A stretch of DNA of 64,000 nt, taken from positions 1,426,001 to 1,490,000 of the forward strand of contig OZ251224.1 of assembly GCA_965240325.2 (NCBI GenBank), in the 5' to 3' direction. Below the pieces are notes generated by a model. That model did not search any database. It saw only the letters and a program-made list of their open reading frames with translations, and was not told the DNA's origin. This DNA comes from Rebecca billardiae RCC1528 (Eukaryota > Protista > Haptophyta). Both the position numbers and the translations under genes were made by a program. The stretch's first letter is position 1. Every line of letters begins with the position of its first letter. Of the stretch, positions 55,011-64,000 are shown one piece after another.

Positions 55011-55493
55011 AATGGATTGCCACCCGCATTGACGTCGTATCAGTAGATGACCAAAGTATATCAGCAAGTGTAGCTTGATAACCGTATGATACAAGGGCGC
55101 GCGGGAACGTCGATTCAAGCTACCCGCGCAATACCATATCGCGTCGCTTTGATGAATCTCAGGAGTGAACAGCTATCCAGAGAATTAGTTCGATATCTCA
55201 CCTTTTTATGGTCAGTTCAACACACGAATCTTGACTATCAGAAAGGTATCAGAGATGACTTCGTCCTATTTGATTCCGATTTCTTCTATTACTTACTATC
55301 CAAGGATTAAGGAGCAGTACAAACGCAATCATGAGCAGCGATATCGAGTCAAATGCGGATTTCACACCTAAATCCACCTACAAAAATCCCCCAAATCCTG
55401 CGCGCATCCTCTTTTTTTTTGATTTTGCGGAGCACGTGCGCCGCCCCCCCCGGCTTTCGCTCACGCTCAGACCTTTCGGGGGGGCCGTGCGCC
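55011..55493 (-). repeat. Right ~480-bp terminal inverted repeat (partner 7303-7795)
   Basis: Reverse complement of 7303-7795; ends GGGGGGCCGTGCGCC and is followed by ATTATTAT. Confidence 0.93.
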
Positions 55494-55697
55494 ATTATTA
55501 TGTTATTATTATATTATTATTATATATAATTGCAGCCGAGTGGAGTCCAGTCCGCGACCAGTCGGACCAGTGGCGGACGCCGACTGTGAACATGCAGTGT
55601 GACAGCTTTATAAGATGATCGGGCGCCCCTCGTCACAGGCTTTCTCATTCAAGGACTCAGTCCGACGGGCAGCAGGCTGCTCACTCAATGATCAGGC

Positions 55698-56924
55698 TCA
55701 GCTCAGCACACTTGCCGAGCGGTCGTGCAGATTTACGATCGCCTTCACGAGGGATGTTGCGCGCACCGTGCAATTTGTGGTCGCGTCCAGCACCGCGTCA
55801 AGCTGCCCAAGCTGCCCGTCGAGAAGCTGCCCGATACCGCGGTGCACACCTTTGAGCTCGTGCAGCAGCGCGCTGATGTGCTCATGGACAGCTTCTGGTG
55901 AATGTGTCGCCGGGCCTGCGCGGTCGGCGGCCGCAGCGGTGTCAGGGAGCTCGTGTGGCATCACCGGCGGCAAAAGATCGACCGGCGGTCCAGCTGCCCG
56001 CTTGCCCTGCGGCCTCAGGAAGTCGATGGCGAGGAGCTGATCGGACATCGACTCGACGTACTCATGGAATTCGACCAGCTGCCGGTTCTGCAGGATCGTG
56101 CGGTAGTCGGCGCACAGCTGCTCGTGCACAATGTACGCCATGTCTGCAGCGTTGGCGAGCTGCTGCGCCACTTGGCCCTGCACCGTCGAGTCGAGCCACA
56201 CGTCCGCGGAGCGAGCGACCGGGTCGGTGAGGGCTGCCTCGCGCTGCTCTGTATGCTGCGCGTCGAGCAGCCGCCCATCCGCAGAGACGCGCTCCCGCTG
56301 CTCGCGCACCTTGCGCACGGCCTCGTCAATGGTGCGGAGCGATCGGCGCTCGATCGCGCGTGCAGTGAGAGCGCCGGTCACGCCAACGACGCTGCTGCCG
56401 ACGGCCACGCCGCCGGCGAGCCACGCGCCGATGCCACCGACGGCGATACCAACCGGACCACCGACCAGTAGCCCGATCCCCGCACCGGCCGCGGCGCCCG
56501 TCCATCCCGCCTTCCACGCCCACGCCTTGACGCGCCGACGCTGGGCATCTGCGAGGCACTCGTGCCCGCGCTCAAAGGCATCGGCTGTCTGCTCGTTCTT
56601 GCGTGCGGCGTACTGCAACTTCTCGGCATCAGATTCGACGATCTGCACCAACATCTCGGAGAGCGCCGAGATTTCGGCGGCCCCTTGTGCACATCGGCGC
56701 CACTCTTGCTGCTCCTCCGCCTCCGTGCGCAATCGGTCGCGCTCCTCGTGCACCTGGGTCGTCTCGAGTAGCATCCAGGCGGCCGGCGCGTCGGCCACGG
56801 GGGAAGCCGGCTCATTCGAGACCGCCGCTCCGGCCGAGCGCAAAGGCACCCGCACTGGTTGCCTGTACCGCTTCATCCAGGTGTCGACGGCGGAGGAGCC
56901 GTTGATCTCGTTGAGCGCCGCCAT
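55698..56924 (-). CDS. SNARE-motif protein with syntaxin-17-like Gly-rich hairpin TM and additional C-terminal SNARE-like helices
   Basis: EISALSEMLVQIVESDAEKLQ...FERGHECLADA, then GAAAGAGIGLLVGGPVGIAVG, then ISALLHELKGVHRGIGQLLDGQLGQLDAV. Confidence 0.6.
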   Translation of the reverse strand: MAALNEINGSSAVDTWMKRYRQPVRVPLRSAGAAVSNEPASPVADAPAAWMLLETTQVHEERDRLRTEAEEQQEWRRCAQGAAEISALSEMLVQIVESDAEKLQYAARKNEQTADAFERGHECLADAQRRRVKAWAWKAGWTGAAAGAGIGLLVGGPVGIAVGGIGAWLAGGVAVGSSVVGVTGALTARAIERRSLRTIDEAVRKVREQRERVSADGRLLDAQHTEQREAALTDPVARSADVWLDSTVQGQVAQQLANAADMAYIVHEQLCADYRTILQNRQLVEFHEYVESMSDQLLAIDFLRPQGKRAAGPPVDLLPPVMPHELPDTAAAADRAGPATHSPEAVHEHISALLHELKGVHRGIGQLLDGQLGQLDAVLDATTNCTVRATSLVKAIVNLHDRSASVLS

Positions 56925-57038
56925 CTCGCCCCTTGAACCGGCTGTCTTGCCCACCGCCACCGGATTGAGAAGGGCAAGAAGGCACCGGACTCATCATCAT
57001 CGGCACGGACAGCATGGCGCGTTGGCGCCAGGCACGAC

Positions 57039-57904
57039 ATGTTTGACGATCGCGACGAGGACCGACCGCGACCGGTGCTGCCGGTCGAGGCTGCGGCGCG
57101 GCGCCCGCCCTCTGCGCCGGGGCAGCCACCTGTCGACGGTGTGGAGTACCTGCTCAACGTCAGGTCTGCGCGCGCCCGCGTCGTCTGCTGTTGGCTGCAC
57201 GCCCGCTCTCGGCGTTCACGCGTCACCAGTGCGCGCGCACCCGTGTGCACAGGCAGGAGGCGGAGGCGTTGCCGGAGGTGATGACGCGGCAGCTCCCTGC
57301 TGCTGCGGCCAGACGCTCGGTACTTCAGACACTTCGCACGCAGCCCGAGGTGGAGGAGTGCCTCGCGCCGCCGCCCGGCTTGGCGCCAGACTCTGAGTGG
57401 CAGACAGACTTCCTCTGCCAGTTTGCCGACGTGCGCCAGTCCCTGCGCAGGTGGAGCGCCCGCGGCCCGCCGCAGGTGCACCCACGCAAGCTGCCGGCTC
57501 GGACAGACGTGCAGGCGTGGCGCCGGATCTGCGGCTGGGAGCCTGAGCGTGATGGCGCGCGGCCGTCACTCCCGCAGCTGAGCGCGTGCACGGCGCTCGA
57601 GCAGGTGGACGTGCAGCACCTCGTGCAGCTGCACGCGCACTGGCTCGACGACGCGTGGGAGGAGGAGGGTGCGGAGGCGCTCACGGACCAGCGCGCTGCG
57701 TGGCTCTTTGCGCTGCTCGCACGGCTCGACGCGGACCTCCTCGCCGACACCGCCGCAAGCCTGCGGCACATCTTCCGAGTGCTCACGCGCGTTCGAGCGC
57801 GCCATTCTGCGAGCGAAGCGGCCAGCGCTCGAGTGGCCTCGGTCAATGTTCTCATCACGATCATCGCCCGCTACTTCAAGCAGGCAGGGCCTGGGGAAGG
57901 ATGA
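57039..57904 (+). CDS. GEMIN2: Gemin2/Brr1 (SMN complex subunit); exons 57039-57163 and 57253-57904
   Basis: PPVDGVEYLLNVR|QEAEALPEV, WQTDFLCQFADVR, WLFALLARL, NVLITIIARYFKQ; GT-AG intron gives 777 nt in frame. Confidence 0.88.
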
Positions 57905-58473
57905 GGCGTTCGCCTCCCCGGCGGCAACACCCTGTCTCGGCAGCAGCATCACGACGCGACTTTGATCGCGGCCGATGGCGATACGCATGCGAAGCCGCCA
58001 TGATCACCGCCGGTGAATCGGTGATCGGCGCGCTCCGCGCTGCCATCGTCAACAGCAACTCGTCACCGCCGCGCGACCGCCGCTAGTCTCAGCAGCAGCA
58101 TCAGAATCATGTATATATCGCGGTCATCGTCGCGTAGTACGCCGTCAGCATGAAACGTACATATATATATATATCAAATATATATATATATATATATATA
58201 TCTGATATCACATATGCGTCGCCGTACGACGCGTGTGTGTGTATTTCCGATGCAGCCGCCGAGGCTACATCATTCGTCGCCTCGCGGGCTCGCGGGCCAT
58301 CGGCATCGCGACGCGTCCGCGACGCGACGCGATTTCGACAGCATCGCCGTGGGCGTCTCGGGACGCAGGAGCGGGTTACGAGCCCGTGTGGTTCAGCGGC
58401 TAGCGGGGCCGGCTGCGAGCAATCGCCCGGTCCCGCCCTGACCCTCGACTGAGACAGCGGCCCCACGCCGCCG

Positions 58474-59453
58474 CTACGCGTCGAGCGCCAGGCGCATCGC
58501 GGCGTCGACATCGCCCGCGTCGTCACTGTCGAGCATATCGGCACCGCCGGCCTGCAGCGAGTCGCGCGCGCGCGCGCACGCAGAGGGCAGAGGTCCGGCG
58601 GTCGGCGCGCGCGCGCGGGAGGCTGCGCGCCGCCTGCGCTCGGCGCGGCCGCGCGTCGCACCTGCGCCTCCGCCTCGTCGAGCGCGAGCAGCACGTTGTC
58701 CATCGAGCGCTGCAGCGCCTCGTCCATCGACTGCCGCAGCTCCTCGTCCGCGCGCATGTCCATCTCGAGCTCGAGATCGAGCAGGTGGTCGTCCGCGCCC
58801 GCCGCGGCGCCGCTCAGTGCCGAGGCGATGTCGGGCGGTGGTCCGAGGCTCGCCGCGGCGCCGACGGCGGGCGCCGTGGGCAGCGCGCCGCCGCCCCACA
58901 GGCTGGCGCCCGCGCCCGCGCTCGACGAGCTCGGCACGCCCCTGCGCGGCGCCGGGCCGGAGCGGCGCGGCGCGGAGGGCGCGCGCGTCAGCCTCGCCGG
59001 GCGCGGCGGCGCGGGCGCGGCGGCGCGGCGGCGCGCGGCGCGCGGCGCGCGGCGCGCATCGCACGTGGACCAGAGGGAGGAGGAGCCCGCGCGCACGCTG
59101 CCGCCGAGGGGCGGCGCCGGCTGCAGCAGAGGGACGGCAGGGACAGCCGGCGTGGGCGCGAGGCCGGCGCCGAGCGCGCCTGCGCCGAGCATGGGCACGC
59201 CGCTCGCCGAGTGCGGAGGCAGCACGGCGCGCGCGGGCTGCGAGCTCGGCGTCCACTCGCGCGCGCGGGGGTCGAGAGATCCGGCCGCGGCCGCGTCGGG
59301 AGCGGGCGGCGCCTTTGGCGCGCCGCGTGACGGCGGCCCGGCCGCCGCCGCGGCGACGGGCGGCGGGGGCGGCGGGGGCTGCTGCTGCTGCGGCTGCTGC
59401 TGCTGCTGCGCTGAGCGCATGGGCGCCGCGCCTGCAGCGGCGCTCGTGCCGGC

Positions 59454-59492
<39 letters not shown>

Positions 59493-60149
59493 GCCGGGCG
59501 GCAGCGGCGGCCGCAGCATCGGCGCGCCCGCCGCCGCCGCCGCCGCCGTGCGCACGCGCGCCAGCCAGCTCTGCGTGAGCGCAGCCTCGTACGCCCGGCA
59601 GTTGGACACGTCGGACGCGCGCGCGGTCGCCGCGAGCGCCTGCGCTGCCTCCGCGCCCGCCAGCACCGAGCCCGGCGCGTCGGCGGCGGGGGCGCTCACG
59701 AGCAGCAGCCGCTGGGAGTTGATCGCTCGGCCAACGGCGGCGGCGACCGCTGGGCTCTCCCACCGGGCCAGGTACCACAGCCCCGCGACGGCGGGCGGGA
59801 GCCAGACGAGCTCGCGCACGCAGAGCGCGCCGCCGAGCGCGCCGAGCGCGCCGCCCGCCGCCTCGGCCGTCAGCGCGTCGAGGGCTCGCAGCACGGCCTC
59901 CGGCCGCGGCGCACTCGGAGCGTATAGCTCAAGCAGCAACGTGCGCGCCGCGGGCGTGTCGGCGGGCGCGGACACGAGCGGCGGGGCGAGCGCCTGCCTG
60001 TAGTCGGCGAAGCTCAGCCCGCCATCCGCTCCGAGTGGCAGGAGGCCGCGGCCCAGACTGTCGGCCAGCGGCAGCCTCGCCCACTCCGGCGTGCACAGCG
60101 CCCCGCCGCCGCCCTCGGCAAGCGCGGACGCGTCCGCGCGGAACACGCT

Positions 60150-60207
<58 letters not shown>

Positions 60208-63047
60208 AGCGCGGCGAGTGAGAGCGCGTGGGCGCTCTGCATCGGGCTCGGGCCCTCGGCGACAGAGCCGAGGGCAGGCTGCGGCGGCGGCGGCGGCGCG
60301 GCGGCCTGGCCCGCCGCCGCGCCGCCCTGCGCACTCGAAGGCTGCGCCGCGGGCTGCGCCGCGGGCGGCGGCTGCGGCGGCTTGTGAGCGCCCAGCGCCG
60401 CGCCGCCGCTGTTGCCCCAGGCGTTGGCGCCGCCGTGCGCCGGCGCCGGCGCCACCGGCTCTCGCGCGGGCATCGAGGCCGAGCGCAGGAGGGGCGCCGC
60501 GGGTGGCCCCTGCGCACCGGGTGCGCACGCGCCGCCGGGTGCGCCGCCGCGCGCGCCACCGAGGGCGCCGCACACAACCGCTGGGCCCCAGGCCCCGCCC
60601 GGCGGCGCGGCCGCGGATGCCAGCTCGGCCGAGATCGAATCTGCCGAGGGCGCGCGGCGCGCGCCCTGCGGCGGGCGCTGCTGCGCGGCGCGCGCGCCCT
60701 GCGGCTGCGCGTGCGCGGCGGCGGCTGCGCCGTTGCACGCATAGCCGCCGCCGCCGCCGCCGCCGCCCGCCGCAGCCCCGTTCGCGCCCGCGCCGCCGCC
60801 GGCCTGCGCGCGCGCCCTCGCGCCCGCGCCGCGCTCTGCGCCCGCCGCCGCGCCGCCGCCGCCGCCGCCCTTCGCCGAGCCGCCCTCGGCGCCCTTGGTC
60901 GGCGCGCGCCCGCCCGCCTGGCCGGCGAGCTCGCGCATCCAGCGCGAGTGCTCGGCCGCCTCCCGCCGCTCGCGTTCGCTCGCGCCGTCCGCGCCCGCGA
61001 GCACGTCAGCCGCCTGCGGCGGCGCGGAGGCGCGGCGCGCGGAGGCCGCGTGCGCGCCGCCGCCTCTCGCGCCGCGCGCGCCGCCGCCCGCGCCGTTCAC
61101 GCCGCCAGAGCCACTCGTCGCGGCGTGGTGCACCAGCGAGGACGCGGCAAGCTGCGCCTTGAGCCCCGGCGCCGCCAGCTTGAGCAAGTCGTCCATGCCG
61201 TCGGAGTCCGAGCACGAGGAGACGTCGTCGTCGTCCGACTCGGCGGACTGGCCGCCGCCGCGCCGCTCGTCCGTCGCGTTGGCGACGGCCGCCGCCGCGT
61301 CGGTGGCGGCGTCGGCGTCGGCGACATCGCCCGAGCTGCGGCCGGCGCGGCCGGCGGCGGCGGCCCCGCCGCCGCCGTTCCCTCCTCCGCCGCCGCCGCC
61401 GCTGCTGCTGCCACGCTGCTTGCTCAGCGTCGCCCCCGCCGCACCGGCGGGCCGGCGCGCGCTCGGCTCTGCGGCCGCGCCGCGCGATGCGGCCGCGGCG
61501 CGCCCCGCGCCGCGCGCCTCGGCGGCGGGCGCAGCCGCGCCCGCGGCGGCCGGGCCGTCTCGCTTCGCCTTGGCGCGCTTGCGTCGCGTGGTCGTGCTCG
61601 GCTTGCGCGGCGCGCCCGCCGGCTCGGCGCTCACCGTCGACACGACCGGCGCCGGCTCGGGCGCGACGGCCGGCGGCGACTCGGACTGGCGGCGCGGCGC
61701 CGCGCGCGCGGCCGCGGGCGCGGGCTGGCCGGCGCCGAGGGCGTCGACGGCGCTCGGCGCGGGCGCGGGCAGCGGCGCGGCGTGCGCGGCGGGCGCGCTG
61801 GGCGGCGGCGGCTGCGGCGCGGGCGCGGGCGCCGCGGCGGGCGCCACCGCGGCGCGCACGCGCCCGCTCAGCGCCACCCACTTCGCCTGCAGCTTGGCGA
61901 GCGCGGAGTCGTCGATGCCGCCGCGCGCCGCGCGCTGCTGCGCGAGCGAGCTCTCAAACGCGTCGAGCTGCGCGCCGAGCGTGGCGGCGGTGGGCGGGTG
62001 CGCGGCGTGTGCGGTGCGCAGCGCGGTGCGCGCCACGTCGCACGCGCTCGCGAGCCGCTGCACGCCGTGCGCCGTGCGCGCCTCCTGCGCGAGCGCGGCC
62101 GCCAGCACCACGTGCTTCCGCTGCTTGGAGATGGCGAGCGGGGACTTGCCCGTCGCGTCCTGCACGTCCGGCGAGGCGCGCGCGGCGAGCAGCGCGGCGA
62201 CGGAGCCCTCGCAGCCGACGAGGCACGCGGCGTGCAGCGCGGTGCGCCCTGTGCGACTCTCCTGCCAGTTCGGGTCGAGCCCCGTCGCGAGCAGCAGCCG
62301 CACCACGGAGGGCTGCCCGCCCGCCGCCGCCTTGAAGACGCGCTCGTGCACCGCCTCCGCGTCCGCTCGCGCGTCGTACGCGACGGAGTCGAGCTCGACG
62401 ACCACCTCGAGCGAGGGCGGGCGGGCGGAGTCGGCGCGCGCGCGCGCGCACGCGCGACCAAAGTCCGCGCCGAGCAGCGCCTCCGACTCCGCCGCCGCCG
62501 CCGCCGCCGCCGCCGCCTCGGCCGCAGGCGCGAGGCTCGTCGGCGGCGGCGGCGCGGCCGCGAGCTCGGCGCGCGCGGCCGCCGCGCCCGCGACTCCGCC
62601 CGCCGACTGCGCGGCCGCGGCCGCGGCCGCGCCGCCGTCCGCGCCGTCCGCCGCCGCGCCGCCGGGCACGGGTTCCGGCACCGCCGCCGCCGGCCGCGCG
62701 GGCGTGACGAGCGCGATCGGCCCCGCGCGCGCCGCGGCCGCGAGCTCGCGCACGCGCGCCGCGCCCGCCGCGCTCACCGCCGCGACCAGCGTGTCACCGT
62801 CCTGCACCCCGAGGTCGAGGGGGCAGTGTGAGGCGCGGATGCGCTCGCCGCGGCGGTACAGGTGGACGCGGCCGCCGCAGGAGGTGGGCGGGAGCCGCTT
62901 CGCGAGGGAGGAGCACAGCGTGCCGAAGCGCGTCGTCTGCAGCATCTTGAAGTGGAACTCGGCGGGCGCGGCCGCGCCCGGCGGCAGCGCGCCCGCCCCC
63001 GCGCCGGCCGCGGGCGCGCCCGCGGGCGCGCCCGCCGCCGCGCAGCT

Positions 63048-63078
<31 letters not shown>

Positions 63079-64000
63079 GGCGGCGAGGGCGCCGCCTCGG
63101 GCGGGTCGGCGGGGGCGGCGTCGGCCGCCGCCGCGCCCCGCGCCGCCGCCGGCTGCGCGGGCGCGTCGGCGGGCGGCTGCGCGAGCGCGGCCGCGGCCGC
63201 GGGCGCATCCGCCGACGGCGCGCCCGCCGCGCCCGCCGGCGGCGCGGGCGCATCGACAACTGTGACTCGCACTGAGAGCACGGCGGCGGTGCCCTTGACA
63301 AAGGCGAGGCCGAGGCGCGTGCGCGCGGCGCCGAGCGCGTCGAGGTCGCCCGGCCCGCATTCCGCCAGCCACGTCGTCACCGGGTCCGCCGCCTCCTCCG
63401 CCGCCGCGGCCAGCGCGCTCGCGGGCGCGTCCGCGCCCGGCGCGCTGCCGTCTGCGCTGACGTCCGCGCCGCCGCCCGCGCCGCCCGCGCCGCCCGCGCC
63501 GCCCGCGGCGCGGCACGCCGGGCAGGTCCAGTCCCACAGCGCGCCGAGCGCGACGGCCTCGGCGCCCGGCTGCGCCGCGAGCGCGTCCGCGCGCGCGAGC
63601 GAGCTCGCGGGCACCAGCCTCGCCAGCTCCGCCGCGGGCATGCACGCCGCGTGGAAGTGGACGTGGCAGCGGCGCGCGGCGCAGCGGATCATCATGTGGG
63701 GGTGGCCGTCCGAGCCGGGCGAGGCGCCGGCGGAGGCGCACGCCGCCGCGGCGCCGCCGAGCGCGCGCGGCGGCACGGCGTCGCGCGCGGACGCGGGCGG
63801 CGCCGTCGAGTCGCCGCACAGCGCGCACAGCACCAGCTGCTCCCGGCGCAGCACCTGCCGCCAGCCCCAAGACTCGCCCGGGTTGAACAGGTGGTCGGTC
63901 GAGAGTCGCACGAGCTGCTGCGCCGCGCCGCCGTGCGCGCGCACGCTCGCGCCCACGCGCAGGCGCACGCCCGCGGCGGCGGTGCCGGCGAGCATCTTGA
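58474..64000 (-). CDS. Large multidomain protein, 5'-truncated by the window: MATH C-terminus with inserted PHD, SUMO-like domain, ankyrin repeats, PAM2-like and UIM-like motifs; introns 59064-58942 and 58661-58552
   Basis: HLFNPGESWGW; CALC...MIRC...CHVHFHAAC...WTCPAC; FHFKMLQTTRF...GERI...LGVQDGDTL; TGRTALHAAC...DATGKSPL; SLDPRAREWTP; spliced last exon ends DVDAAMRLALDA. Confidence 0.82.
60150..60206. repeat. (CCG)n trinucleotide repeat encoding poly-Gly
   Basis: About 19 CCG units within the minus-strand CDS. Confidence 0.9.

Noticed and set aside
58107-58473. C-terminal extension of the 1962-aa ORF
   Set aside because: Results from reading through intron 58661-58552; the spliced frame stops at 58474 and the extension runs into a TA repeat.

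Overview
Very GC-rich eukaryotic genomic DNA with compact genes, short GC-rich GT-AG introns (donors mostly GTGCG) and AT-richer, repeat-laden intergenic DNA. The style suggests a microalga such as a Pavlovales haptophyte, but that is inference only. Recognisable genes are RPL7A, an NADPH-cytochrome P450 reductase-like diflavin enzyme, a CLC anion channel, a TKL kinase, a calpain with LIM-type fingers, an XK-family protein, a BLVRB-like NAD(P)H-binding protein, a two-repeat MYB and Gemin2, plus several multidomain unknowns. Mobile DNA includes a young Ty1/Copia element with identical LTRs but no gag, two inverted copies of a GATC-dense TA-TSD MITE, another MITE and a 50-bp dispersed repeat. 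The most striking structure is a 48.2-kb segment (7303-55493) bounded by ~490-bp terminal inverted repeats and flanked by an 8-10 bp direct repeat. It looks like a giant cargo-carrying DNA transposon, with decayed gene fragments just inside each end, although no transposase was found. Unusual proteins include a nucleoside hydrolase-TM-TIR fusion and a putative single-chain Qa-hairpin-Qb-Qc SNARE. All gene models, alignments and counts were made by eye; no database searches were run.
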